IMG/VR virus record: IMGVR_UViG_3300042554_002903
Coordinates: 2,773-66,772 of that record
Reading direction: 5' to 3' (one strand)
Length of the DNA: 64,000 nt
DNA from: a virus
Notes under the pieces: model-generated
Seen by the model: the letters and a program-made list of their open reading frames with translations, nothing else
Database searches by the model: none
What the model was told of the DNA's origin: nothing
Shown here: piece by piece, positions 19,970-31,603 of the stretch
How positions within the stretch are numbered: the stretch's first letter is position 1
How the letters are laid out: each line of letters begins with the position of its first letter
Position numbers and translations under genes: made by a program

Positions 19970-20313
19970 TACTTTTCGTCTACTTTTTTGTTGATTATTT
20001 TTTGGATGAGTTCCGGGGAGTAGTCAATCAACCACGGTATTATTTTGTATCCGCCCATGGTACCGATAGGTACGATGTAGCCCATCTGATTCCACCAACC
20101 CAGACTTTTACATATATGGAAAGTCAGGAAGCCACTGATGAGACCGAATGCGGTTGTTATCACCGCTTTCTTAAAGCTTAGTTCATTCTTCCTGTAGAGA
20201 TCTACAAGCACGGCTCCGAGTCCCATCAGGGAGTACGCTATCCAGATCGCGATGTCGTGCAATCTTTCATCAAGCCATAATAACCACCCGGGAACTTCGT
20301 GTTGAGAAGGCAT
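19969..20313 (-). CDS. putative holin
   Basis: Three TM helices with a basic C-terminus; own promoter TATCTTTG immediately upstream. Confidence 0.6.
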   Translation of the reverse strand: MPSQHEVPGWLLWLDERLHDIAIWIAYSLMGLGAVLVDLYRKNELSFKKAVITTAFGLISGFLTFHICKSLGWWNQMGYIVPIGTMGGYKIIPWLIDYSPELIQKIINKKVDEK

Positions 20314-20336
20314 ATTACAAAGATAAGAAAATTTTT

Positions 20337-20687
20337 CTAAAACGGTTTCTTAGGTTTAGGTGCACTAACTTCCTGTAAGCCGTTGGGCACGAGCTCTAAT
20401 ACGTTAGCGGATCCCGTCCTTAATTGCCGACCTATCCTATTACCTTCCTCTTGTGTTAAATACCCGTTTAATGTTGCTGCGAGCTGGTTTAGTATTTCTT
20501 CAAAGTTAGCCTTAAAGAAAACAGGTATAACAATATCGGGAACCTGAATTTTAAAGATACCGTCCTCGATGCAATCAAATAGTCGTTCTGTGCCAACTTC
20601 CACACCATCGGGGTAGCACAATTGCCACAGTTCGCATCCCAAATCTTCGCCCTGCTGTTTGCTATCGACCTTAAAATATTTATACAT
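20337..20687 (-). CDS. hypothetical protein (tail fibre-associated candidate)
   Basis: Directly downstream of the fibre genes. Confidence 0.55.
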   Translation of the reverse strand: MYKYFKVDSKQQGEDLGCELWQLCYPDGVEVGTERLFDCIEDGIFKIQVPDIVIPVFFKANFEEILNQLAATLNGYLTQEEGNRIGRQLRTGSANVLELVPNGLQEVSAPKPKKPF

Positions 20688-21482
20688 TAGCGTAATAAGA
20701 TTGTATATTCCCTTCTATTGCCGAAATGTTTGCACTTTGGTCACTGTCATAACATACCCACTCCAACAAGTCACCACCAAACGTATCACCGAAGTCACCA
20801 CCGCCGAGATAAAAAGAACCCGTAGGCGTTATCATCGAACTGTTTGTTCCTGAATATGTTTGTGTTCCATTTAAACGAATGGTTAAATCACTATCTGATT
20901 TACGACAAAGTGTAATCAATACAGTATTGGTGGAATACGCACCCGTTCCGAAATCTGCAACACCTCTATTGAATGGTTTCCATTGACCGCCTTGCGTGTA
21001 TAGTCCGTAACCGCTGGCTGTTCCATTTAGATGCAGTACATAGTTATCCTGTGCTGTTGCTAATTTACACACAGCGAAAATAGTGTAGACCTTACTTGTA
21101 GAGAGAATGTTGCCGGTCATTATATCGGCGTCTGTCTTAACAAAGTTAACAGCGTAATCAGACCCGTCCGTTTCAATACTACCGGATGTAACTATTCGCG
21201 GCTGTTTACTTGCTGTGGATTGGCTTACATCGTTACTGCCAATTTGATTGAACCACGTTTTTACATCACCGTTTGTACCGCTGGTGAATGAGGTAAGTGC
21301 ACTCGCATCTATTATATTGCTTGAAAAACCAAATGTCTGCTCTGTGTTATCGCTTGCACGTCTGACCGTTACACAGTTAGTCTGTGCCGTCCGTAGTTGA
21401 CGAAGTGAAAACGCACCTACTGCACCAGGGTAGGCGTCAAGAAGTAATCCTCCAGGAGAGGGTGCTTTGACGAATATCCAAA

Positions 21483-21486
<4 letters not shown>
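20680..21486 (-). CDS. virion beta-sandwich (LamG/ConA-like) protein
   Basis: [18 protein letters not shown]...VRRASDN..Q.FGF...WFNQ...QPRIV, common in Bacteroidota phage fibres. Confidence 0.7.
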
Positions 21487-22654
<1,168 letters not shown>

Positions 22655-22655
<1 letters not shown>

Positions 22656-22999
22656 TACGCTGTTACGTCTGGGGTTACAACTATCTTACCTGTTACCACG
22701 GTGGTTACCGCACTACCTACGGTGTACTGCAAATCAAAGAAGTACACACCTGAGAGTGTAGCTGTATCGGAAGCCGGGACAGTTATGGTTGCTGTGGTTG
22801 TACTGATGGAAATTCCGGAAGACGGGGTTTGATACGTGAACATGAGATTACCCTCGGCGTCACGTATCTGCATTTTAAAATTGTTACCTGTGAAGTCTGT
22901 GTATACTCCGAGGCTGTTTTTTATTCTGTACTGCCACTGCCAGGTGTCTCCCTGTACTATGCGACTTAATCTGTTGGGGAATTTTGCTGGGAAGGTCAT
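22655..22999 (-). CDS. BppU-like Ig-fold fibre adaptor
   Basis: IVQGDTW...KMQIR...YFFDLQ...[10 protein letters not shown]. Confidence 0.7.
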
Positions 23000-23355
23000 G
23001 TAATAGATGCGATTAAGTGAGCCCCATCCGAAGTCGCCAGGTAGGCTGATGCATCGGAATCACTCACGGTTGAAGGTAGTACCCCGTTGGAAGCCCAACG
23101 CGATAGACGAGATAGTACAGTATTCTTATCATCGTCGTTGTCGAAGAGGTCGAGATTGGCGGACACGAATAACAGGAAGAGACCTTTGGATTCAGCCGTG
23201 TCGTACTTCGAGCAGGGCTTGTCGTACTTCTGCTTATTCAACTTCTCCTGTTCCAGATCTACAACGTAGCGCTCTGAAGCCAGGATTATTTTAGCAGCGG
23301 CGGTAGTCGTGTACTTAACAGCCACAGTCCAGACCGTAGATATTGGTATCACCAC
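22996..23355 (-). CDS. virion structural protein
   Basis: Position in the tail module; true start probably the GTG overlapping the upstream stop. Confidence 0.55.
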   Translation of the reverse strand: MVIPISTVWTVAVKYTTTAAAKIILASERYVVDLEQEKLNKQKYDKPCSKYDTAESKGLFLLFVSANLDLFDNDDDKNTVLSRLSRWASNGVLPSTVSDSDASAYLATSDGAHLIASIT

Positions 23356-23866
23356 TCAGACAGTCATCGAGATCAGAAGATAAGTCTTCCATGATTTCCT
23401 GTACTGTGGTGTACTCACCTTGTTCAAAGGCCAGGAGTAGAATCCTGTATCGTCTGTCGTATTCTGCAAAGTCGTTACTCTCGAGATCACCAAGTGCGAG
23501 CTGCGCAAGCTTGGTCTTGAGTTCGATATCGCGCAAGCCGTAAGCAGTAGCTGCTGTATCTGATACTCCGGTAAGGGAGAACTGAAACTTCCATACGCCA
23601 TCACTCAGTGTCGATTCTGTTTCGATGTAAGTGGTTAAGTCGAAGGTAGTACCTGGGTTAAACAGAGTTACTACATCTTCGGGGTTAGCCAATACACTAC
23701 CGTCAGGACTCGTTACCGTTACGGTAGATGCTGATACGCTTGATCTCAGACTGTTGGGTGAGCCCCATCCGCCAGGATTTGATATCGCATTGTACACACC
23801 GGTGGTATCCTCAAGGATTACAGAATCTTTGGTGTTGGTTATACTTACTGAAATTTCGAGTGCCAT
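23315..23866 (-). CDS. virion tail/hub protein
   Basis: DTTGVYNAISNPGGWG, DGVWKF and a C-terminal DCGC, reminiscent of crAss-like tail hub proteins. Confidence 0.6.
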   Translation of the reverse strand: MALEISVSITNTKDSVILEDTTGVYNAISNPGGWGSPNSLRSSVSASTVTVTSPDGSVLANPEDVVTLFNPGTTFDLTTYIETESTLSDGVWKFQFSLTGVSDTAATAYGLRDIELKTKLAQLALGDLESNDFAEYDRRYRILLLAFEQGEYTTVQEIMEDLSSDLDDCLSGDTNIYGLDCGC

Positions 23867-23891
23867 ACTTATTTATTCAAAGTTACGAAAT

Positions 23892-26800
23892 TTACCTGTA
23901 TTTATCGATATCGACACCAGCGGCATGCAATCTGTTATTCATCTCGGTGTTGTTTGCACTAACCAGTTTGCGAATAACTTCATCACTCAACCTTTTAGCT
24001 CCGGCTTCTTGTGCGAAGTAATCCAAGGTCTTGGTGTACATCTCTGTTTTGTAAGAGTCGTATACGCGATCAAATACTTCTTTGTGCTGCATTATGATAG
24101 CGTTGTACTGATCCTTGAACTCATCAATCTTTCTACTCTTCTGTTCCGCAGTTAAAGTAGGGTCTTTCTCTATCAGACTGATTTCATATTCGGTTCGAGT
24201 AAGCTGTGAGTCGAATGTCTCGTAGTCAAGCGAAGCCATTACTCTCTTACCGACATCTCTTTTGAATTCCAACAGAAGATCAAAAGGTACGGGAAGAGAA
24301 GCCTCGCTTTCGTTATCGATAATCATCTCACGTTTTGAACCAGAAGCTATTGCAAACTTAGGATCTGGTCTCATCAGTGTGAGGAATGACATATTAGGAA
24401 TTACCTGAAGGGTACGGGTACCAAGGCGTGCTGCATCCTCAAGTCTTGACGCATACTTAACCGCACGACTTCTCTCGTCCTCATTGTCTCTTCTGATTCC
24501 GAAACCAAATGGGTCAATAGCGGCTTGAAGTATAGCCAGAGCTGAAGCAGTTTTTGGGTCAGCAAATGTTCTGCCGGTGTATCCGTTGGGAGCCCCAAAG
24601 TTATTGTACATCTCTTTGTAATACTTGCTCTCAAGGAAACCAAAAGGAGTTTTAACACTCATCTTCAACCTGGCCTGTTCTGCGTTACGACTGAACCAGT
24701 CACCACCGTAGTTGATGAATACCTCACGCAACTCCGTTGTAGTAGGTGATCTCTCACCCTCTGCTCTCTTACCTGCAGACAAAGTGTTGTTGTAAATCGG
24801 AGACATCATAGACGAGAAGAATTGTGTGAGTACGGGGTCAAGTGGTCTCTCTTCCCCCTGTGCCATAAGTCTGAGGGTTTCCAAAACGTCACCTGTGGAT
24901 TGCAGGAATGCGAGGTTATCACCAGCGGTACCGACAGCAGAGACCGCAAGTTGAGACCAGGTTATAGCATCGTCAAGCGATTTTTGAAATACGGACTGGT
25001 TACCGTTAAGGTTATACATACGAGCATTTTCTCTATGACTCTTATGTAAAGCAAATACGTAACCGAGCATACCCATGTTGGTAGTGCTGAAACCAAAACC
25101 GGTTTTCCTGTCTTCAACCCTACCGAGACTACCTATGATACCCTTAAGTTGTCCCTGCTTAACCAGTTTTCTATTGTAACCCTCGTTAAACATAATACCT
25201 TTTTGTACACGCACAAGTTTATCGCCTTGATTTGGATCCACATAGTATTCATCCTCGTCGTCGTCAAATGCATTTAACATCACACGACTGATGGTACCGA
25301 GAATAACAGAGATAGCCAATAGGTTAACCCTTTTCTCCAGCATGCTATTACTATAGAACAGGTCCTCTTCTGCTTTCTGTATTCTCTTTTCAAGTACTTC
25401 ATTACGTTTACCTGGAACCCTTTCGGCGTACAATGACTTCAGTTTCTTATTACCTGTAGCCACACCTACTGATCTATGTACTACTTCAGCCAGAGCGAAA
25501 GAAGGGTGTGCATATAGGAGACCCTTGTAAATCACGTTGGTCGGTACGGTTACGAAAGGTGACAGGCTGAATACAAACATATCAAGCATACCGGTAACGT
25601 GCTGCATTGCGAAGTCGAGTTGTGCTTTAAGCCTGTGATGGAATTTATCACCGGATTTAACTGACATCAGAGCTTGTCTTCTTTGCTCATTAGCCATGTT
25701 GTAATAATTACGAGGTAATTTGTCAGCACTGGTGCGTAATTTAAGTGCGGCTTTCTGTACCATGTTCTCACCCATGAAGATGGCTTCCTGTCCTAATTTG
25801 TGCCAGGGTTTATCTGAGTCCGTTCCGACAGCAGTTAACGCCATTATGCGGAAAGCTTCTTCGGGTTTCAACCCTTTAGCTGATGCATAATCACTGATGG
25901 CCTGATAAATCACGGCGTTCTCAATTTGACGGTCGAGTGAAAAAGCCAAGGCTCTGATGTTGACTTGAGACATACCCATTATAATTGGGTTGGCTGCAAT
26001 TAATGTACTCAGGAAGTCTTTCCATTTCGGATCTTGCAATCCAATTACAGTACCGTCTTCATCAACCATGAGTACCCGATCTATTTCCTCAGCCCATTGT
26101 TCAAAGCTGACATTGCGCAAACCAATCATTTTAAATAAGCGATGTGCATCTTTGAGTGGCTGGTTGGCCATGTTCAAGTCCTGCATCTTACTTATGTCAG
26201 TAGCTGCTGTGCTGTGACCATCTCTGATAATCTGCTTAGTTTGTTGCCATGATGATTTCCAAGCCAGGGCGTCACCGAATGATTCAACGGTACCCTTACT
26301 CTTATTGACCATTTTGGATATCTCGTTTATGAGATTCTTCTTTGTCTTGGTCACCATGTTAACACCAATCTTCTTAAGTAGGTAACGGGTTGCATCTGTG
26401 AGACCCAACCAATCCCCTATCTTAGCCAAATATTTATTCTCAAGGTTACCCCAAGCACCAACCGGAGTAGATCGTGTCGATAACAGGGCCCCGATTATAG
26501 CCGTCTTGTACCTATCACTCCATATCCAGTTCCCACCTTTGTAACGCATAGCCAGATCGGCATACTTCTGCTTGTATCTGTTATGTTTAGCCTGGGCGTC
26601 GAGTACGGTAGTGATGAATTGTTTATCATTTATAAGGCCGGGATCTGCTTTGAGTCGGTCGAGTATGTTCCGATAAGCCAATGCGCTATCCGCTACATCT
26701 TTCGCCAGTGCACGCAACACGCGCTTGACTCCCTCTGGTATACGCATACCTTTAGGTAATGTCTTTTCAAGGGCAGCTACCGCCAGGTCTTCGAGTACAC

Positions 26801-29800
26801 CTTGAGGTCTGCTCTCTGCAAGTACTCTGTTGTACGCGAGTATGCGACCGGCAAATGAGGCCATACCTTTAACCGCAGCCAGTGCGTTCACCTGCTGTGA
26901 ATCAGCCGTGGTGGGATCAAAATTAGTCAAGGCTATGATAGCTGAGGCATAGTACTCCGTCAGTCTGGCGTCGAGTATGTTCTGTGAAAAGTATTCAATT
27001 ACTGTTTTCGCGTCTATACCTAAGCCGGCGCTGTCAACAAGTTCTGCAGCCTCAGCCAGGGTATAGGTAACGGAGTAGCTACGACTGTCTGCATTAACTG
27101 CAGCTCTGAGGTGAGCCGGAGTGTTGGGGTTCTCAGCTATCTTACCCATGGCTTTAGCGTAGGGTTCACCAAATGCTGTAGTCAGTTCGTCAATATCTAT
27201 ACTGTCAAGTAGGGTATCGAAGATGACGTAATCAGAAAAAACCTCACCACTTGGTGTGTTACCTTTTTGTAAGTCCTCGATGTATTGTTCAAGTGGTACG
27301 CTCGGAGAGGCTTGTTGTAATAACTGGAACTCCTTCCTCAGTCTTACCTGGAGGTCGTGATAGACTTGAGGAGCAGTAGTGGTAGCAGTCATTACCTTCG
27401 TGTACTCCGCATCAATGTGAGCTTCAATGAAAGGTTTAAAGGATGGGTCTCCTATGAAAGCCTGAGTCATTACACCTCTAAGATATCCTTTGTCGAGCAT
27501 GCTCTTCCAGACATCTTCTTTGGTTTTCTTTGGATCATTCTTTAATTCGGTATCGAGCTCCTGGGTAATGTCTACCGGGTTTTGGTTGGCGAGAGTCTGG
27601 TAACGTATATCAGGATTCTGTGAGGTAGTGGGAGACCCATCCGTATTCACTCCTGTCACACCCACGGCTTCCGGACTTAACATCGCACCGGCTACCAGAG
27701 CTGTGTACTTCTCGAGTGTCAGGGACCGGAGTGCTTCCGGGTCCATAGTGAGACCCAATGTATTGCCGATAATTTTCCACAAATCCTTCAGCCATTTCAT
27801 CAGCGGAGAAGTTTCACGAGCAAGTAATTTCTCACCTTTGTCCGAGATCGCCCAAGTCAGAGCTTCTTCAAGCAGGGCTTCACCTTCCAGGTTGGGATAA
27901 TTTTTCTTGACCTCATCAATGTAAGCCTGACCTTCTTGTTCAATCAATTCTAAACCGCGAGCATAGAACTCAGGGTTGGTCTGTTTAATGAATGAGTTCC
28001 AGATGTGACCGAACTCGTGGATCGGGGTATCCGGACGTGCAGTGCGGGGGTCGATGTATACCTTACCGTCCTTTACGAAACCGAGTACTTTGTTTTCACC
28101 TGTGGTTTGAGTCAGACCGGCCTCACTCAGTACTCTATCTATCTCAGCAGTATCAGTAATAACTTCTGTGGGAGACCCAAAGAGAGTCTGGAAATTAGTA
28201 CGCAATCTGTCAATGAGGGGTTGGAGAGGAGTGGGTCGAGCAGGTTCGGCAACCTGATACATTGTATTCCTATCGGTATCACCGTACTCTTTTTTCAAAC
28301 TACGACTCTCGTTGTAGATCTGTCTGAACTCCGGGTCGGATAAATTCTTAACACCTTTGTAGTCGTTTATCATAGCCTCACCGGTAAACGTACCGGCATC
28401 GGTATGTAAAGCTTTACCGTCTTTGTATCCCCAGTTTCTATTTGCCGTAAAATCGTTCCAGAGAACATTATAAGAACGAATATCATCGAAGCCATATTTC
28501 CTAAGAGTATCTTGTAGCGCTGAATTGTTGTTGTCAAAATCTATAGGAGAGAATCTGGACAACTCCTTCAACATAACACCGAAAGTAGTAGTCCCGATTT
28601 CATCGCCTGTTTCGAGATCGAACACGGGAACAACATCAGAAGACTTAGCTCTGGGTACGTTATCAACAACCACATAGTTGAGACCGACTTCGTGTGATTC
28701 AGGGATAATCGACCCCGCGATGTAGTTGTCACCTTCTGCGGAGTTCTGTCTCAAACCCCTTGCGGTCTTGGCAACCTTCAATACTTTTCCATCGCCGATA
28801 TCATACACATCTCTATCACTTCCGCTTCCTATCTTCTGTAGATTTGAGAAGTCGAAACGCTCACGAGCTACTTGTTCGGTATCGTAACGGAAGCCTATCT
28901 TCTCATCTGTTCTAAGACCGAAGATAGGTTTTACATCTTCTGCTACATCAGTAGTTGAAACAGGTTGAGCTGCTAACTGGAACCTTATTTCTTCTTGCTT
29001 TTGTTCGGCAGTTTTTTCAGGTCCTGCTTGGGGCTGTCCTTCCTGATTTGCTTGGCCACTTCTGGTTTCTGGCTGTACAGGTACTTCTGTTGTTTCTTGC
29101 TTTTGAATGGCATTATTTTGAGGGCTTGTTTGTTCTATTGTGGGAGGCCCAATGACAGGGCCTTCACCAGGAGCTTCTGCACTCGGCTCTTCTGTCATGG
29201 CTCCACCGGTAGCAGGAGGTTCTTCTGCAGGAGGTTCGTTTGAGGGAGGCCGTTTCAAATCGGGTTCAGCCGGGTTGGCGGCATCTATATTCTGCAACTC
29301 AACCAGAGCTTGATCCTGCATGTTAACCGCACCTCGCGCTGCTTCTCTAACCGCTACGGGTTGACGAGGGTCTTCAGCTACACGCTCGAGTAGTGAGCGT
29401 ACTTCATCATATCTGGTACCTTGTTTGAATAGTTCGGGTGTGTTAAACGCAGATGACATGAGACCCGATGTGGTTGCAATAACCAACAACTGCCTGATGC
29501 CCTGGTCGGTATTCTCACCGAATGTTGTACGCGATGCCTTGTCCCAATCGAATCCGGATTCAACAAGTGCGTCAAGATACATACCGGAATATTCTTCAAA
29601 GGTTTCACCGGTTGTACCGAGAGCTACCTTAGTAAGGAATGTTCCGAGCTTACCCCACTTACCTGTGAATTTGTCAAGACCGAGCTTATCAAATACCATA
29701 CCGCTACCCAGGGTTTCACCCACACCGGTAGCCGCACTCTCAGATGTCGGCGCATAGACCATGGCTCCGTGAACAGCATGTGCTGTAAAGTCGGTAGCGA

Positions 29801-31595
29801 ATGAGGCAACAGATCTACTACCTGTTAACTTCAATACACCGCGAGTCAGAGGGCGCAGATATTTACTTGAACGAATTGCTTCTACACCACCTATAATATT
29901 ACGGCTCACCATGATCTCAGCCATGATGGGTACCATAGCTACCATACTACTGGCTACTTCTTCACCGAGAGTTGCTTCCTGTTTGTCTATCTCTTCTTGT
30001 TTGAGTTCGATATCGGTACTACCTACAGCATCAACATATGCACGGAACATCTCCCTGCTATTGTTATACTTACTTACGAAATCCGAGCCCGGTAATATAT
30101 TCTTAGCAGAACTCATAGCCGCTCCGGCTATATCGTTTTCTTCCGGTTCGATATCCACGTTAGCCATCAGCCTGATGTTCAGGGCCGTGAGCTGTGCTCT
30201 GTATTTATCAAGCAGGGTGAATACATCTTTATATGCTTCTTTCTGTTCAGGAGTTATGTTACCCTCGAGACCCTGCAGGTACACGTTGCGGGTTTTACCA
30301 TACACCTTCTCCAGGTGTTCTACTTTCTTAAACAGTTTGTCGCGGACCTGATACAATTTTTCAACAGGTTCTTTACCGTACATCTGCAGGGCGTCATCAA
30401 CTTGTTTCTTGTAGGCGACAGCCTCTTTGGGTGCATCTTTTGCATCGCTCAACTTACCGGTAGCTGGGTTGTATAACATGCGAGACCCACCCACTTTGCG
30501 CATCAATTCAAAGCGCATTGATAGGGCCTCATCTCCACTTACCTTACCGGTGTTCAGTTTATTAATCATCTCAGCTACTTCATAGCCGTACTGATCGGTG
30601 ATGAGGTCCATCCCTTTCTTGTCGTACTGACCACGTAACTCAGATATCTTCTCGAATTTGGTAACCCCTTTTGCTGTTTGAATATCCTGGTTTGTCAGTT
30701 CATCAGCCACATAGTCCAACCACTTCTCTTTGTACTTGAGTATTTCAGCGTCGGCTCCTTCCTCACTCATACCTTTGTACATAAGGTACTGTTTGAAGTT
30801 ATCTTTATTTAAAACAAAGGTACGACCGTTAACCAGACTCTGAGCCTGATTCTTTGTAACTCCATTGCTCATTGTTACGCCGCCAGCAAAGACGGGGTCG
30901 AATAGTATTCGAGAAAAGAATATGGGATCGCTACCGTCAACTTCTCGTACAACAGGATTACCCTGCATGTCGAGTTCTGCTGTTGGTATTGTATACCGTT
31001 GACCGGTTATGAAAGGGTTCTGTTCTTCTATGCTCTTAGCAAGATAAGCTTCCTTAGCAGAAGGAGATGTAGCAGCAGTAAAGATCTCTTTAGTCTGTTT
31101 AGCATCAACAGCTTTCTGAGCAGGAGTACGGGTATCTGCGTAATTAGAGAAACGAATAGGTTCGGGTTGCTTGATGGGAGACCCAACCGAACCCGTGGTT
31201 ATTGCTTTCTTTACGTCATCAAGTGAGCGCAGGTTGTACTTTGTAGATAGTACTTCTACATTCTCGGGAGTGAATATAAATTTCTCCAACATGGGCATGG
31301 CTACGAATTGATCGTAGGACAAACCCTTTATCTTACCAGCTACCTGCTCGTCATAGAAACGCTTAAGGAAGGGGGCGGGATCAGATCCAGATGTGGATTC
31401 TAAACCGGTAGATGCTAAGGTAGAATTCGAAAAGCTTTCTGGTTCTAACTTTTTTTTTTCGGTGAGATCAACACCGAGATTACTTAGTTCTTCCTGGTTG
31501 GCTTCATCTGCTGCCCAGGTTTCAAAGAAATCTGCACTCGGGAAAATCTCTTTAAGATTCTCGTTGTTCTCGTATACGTCGCGGTAATTCGCCAT
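23892..31595 (-). CDS. giant virion cargo/ejection protein with kinase-like and zincin metallopeptidase domains (polyvalent-like)
   Basis: 2567 aa; KIGSGSDRDVY...VLKVAK...NDFTANRNWG...TDAG; PDTPIHEFGH...EEAL; follows two cargo genes and the tail gene. Confidence 0.75.
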   Translation of the reverse strand: MANYRDVYENNENLKEIFPSADFFETWAADEANQEELSNLGVDLTEKKKLEPESFSNSTLASTGLESTSGSDPAPFLKRFYDEQVAGKIKGLSYDQFVAMPMLEKFIFTPENVEVLSTKYNLRSLDDVKKAITTGSVGSPIKQPEPIRFSNYADTRTPAQKAVDAKQTKEIFTAATSPSAKEAYLAKSIEEQNPFITGQRYTIPTAELDMQGNPVVREVDGSDPIFFSRILFDPVFAGGVTMSNGVTKNQAQSLVNGRTFVLNKDNFKQYLMYKGMSEEGADAEILKYKEKWLDYVADELTNQDIQTAKGVTKFEKISELRGQYDKKGMDLITDQYGYEVAEMINKLNTGKVSGDEALSMRFELMRKVGGSRMLYNPATGKLSDAKDAPKEAVAYKKQVDDALQMYGKEPVEKLYQVRDKLFKKVEHLEKVYGKTRNVYLQGLEGNITPEQKEAYKDVFTLLDKYRAQLTALNIRLMANVDIEPEENDIAGAAMSSAKNILPGSDFVSKYNNSREMFRAYVDAVGSTDIELKQEEIDKQEATLGEEVASSMVAMVPIMAEIMVSRNIIGGVEAIRSSKYLRPLTRGVLKLTGSRSVASFATDFTAHAVHGAMVYAPTSESAATGVGETLGSGMVFDKLGLDKFTGKWGKLGTFLTKVALGTTGETFEEYSGMYLDALVESGFDWDKASRTTFGENTDQGIRQLLVIATTSGLMSSAFNTPELFKQGTRYDEVRSLLERVAEDPRQPVAVREAARGAVNMQDQALVELQNIDAANPAEPDLKRPPSNEPPAEEPPATGGAMTEEPSAEAPGEGPVIGPPTIEQTSPQNNAIQKQETTEVPVQPETRSGQANQEGQPQAGPEKTAEQKQEEIRFQLAAQPVSTTDVAEDVKPIFGLRTDEKIGFRYDTEQVARERFDFSNLQKIGSGSDRDVYDIGDGKVLKVAKTARGLRQNSAEGDNYIAGSIIPESHEVGLNYVVVDNVPRAKSSDVVPVFDLETGDEIGTTTFGVMLKELSRFSPIDFDNNNSALQDTLRKYGFDDIRSYNVLWNDFTANRNWGYKDGKALHTDAGTFTGEAMINDYKGVKNLSDPEFRQIYNESRSLKKEYGDTDRNTMYQVAEPARPTPLQPLIDRLRTNFQTLFGSPTEVITDTAEIDRVLSEAGLTQTTGENKVLGFVKDGKVYIDPRTARPDTPIHEFGHIWNSFIKQTNPEFYARGLELIEQEGQAYIDEVKKNYPNLEGEALLEEALTWAISDKGEKLLARETSPLMKWLKDLWKIIGNTLGLTMDPEALRSLTLEKYTALVAGAMLSPEAVGVTGVNTDGSPTTSQNPDIRYQTLANQNPVDITQELDTELKNDPKKTKEDVWKSMLDKGYLRGVMTQAFIGDPSFKPFIEAHIDAEYTKVMTATTTAPQVYHDLQVRLRKEFQLLQQASPSVPLEQYIEDLQKGNTPSGEVFSDYVIFDTLLDSIDIDELTTAFGEPYAKAMGKIAENPNTPAHLRAAVNADSRSYSVTYTLAEAAELVDSAGLGIDAKTVIEYFSQNILDARLTEYYASAIIALTNFDPTTADSQQVNALAAVKGMASFAGRILAYNRVLAESRPQGVLEDLAVAALEKTLPKGMRIPEGVKRVLRALAKDVADSALAYRNILDRLKADPGLINDKQFITTVLDAQAKHNRYKQKYADLAMRYKGGNWIWSDRYKTAIIGALLSTRSTPVGAWGNLENKYLAKIGDWLGLTDATRYLLKKIGVNMVTKTKKNLINEISKMVNKSKGTVESFGDALAWKSSWQQTKQIIRDGHSTAATDISKMQDLNMANQPLKDAHRLFKMIGLRNVSFEQWAEEIDRVLMVDEDGTVIGLQDPKWKDFLSTLIAANPIIMGMSQVNIRALAFSLDRQIENAVIYQAISDYASAKGLKPEEAFRIMALTAVGTDSDKPWHKLGQEAIFMGENMVQKAALKLRTSADKLPRNYYNMANEQRRQALMSVKSGDKFHHRLKAQLDFAMQHVTGMLDMFVFSLSPFVTVPTNVIYKGLLYAHPSFALAEVVHRSVGVATGNKKLKSLYAERVPGKRNEVLEKRIQKAEEDLFYSNSMLEKRVNLLAISVILGTISRVMLNAFDDDEDEYYVDPNQGDKLVRVQKGIMFNEGYNRKLVKQGQLKGIIGSLGRVEDRKTGFGFSTTNMGMLGYVFALHKSHRENARMYNLNGNQSVFQKSLDDAITWSQLAVSAVGTAGDNLAFLQSTGDVLETLRLMAQGEERPLDPVLTQFFSSMMSPIYNNTLSAGKRAEGERSPTTTELREVFINYGGDWFSRNAEQARLKMSVKTPFGFLESKYYKEMYNNFGAPNGYTGRTFADPKTASALAILQAAIDPFGFGIRRDNEDERSRAVKYASRLEDAARLGTRTLQVIPNMSFLTLMRPDPKFAIASGSKREMIIDNESEASLPVPFDLLLEFKRDVGKRVMASLDYETFDSQLTRTEYEISLIEKDPTLTAEQKSRKIDEFKDQYNAIIMQHKEVFDRVYDSYKTEMYTKTLDYFAQEAGAKRLSDEVIRKLVSANNTEMNNRLHAAGVDIDKYR

Positions 31596-31603
31596 CTTGT
31601 TTT

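Noticed and set aside
23892-31595. Virion RNA polymerase call for the giant ORF
   Set aside because: The position matches the crAss RNAP locus, but I see no DxDxD catalytic motif, while kinase and zincin motifs are evident
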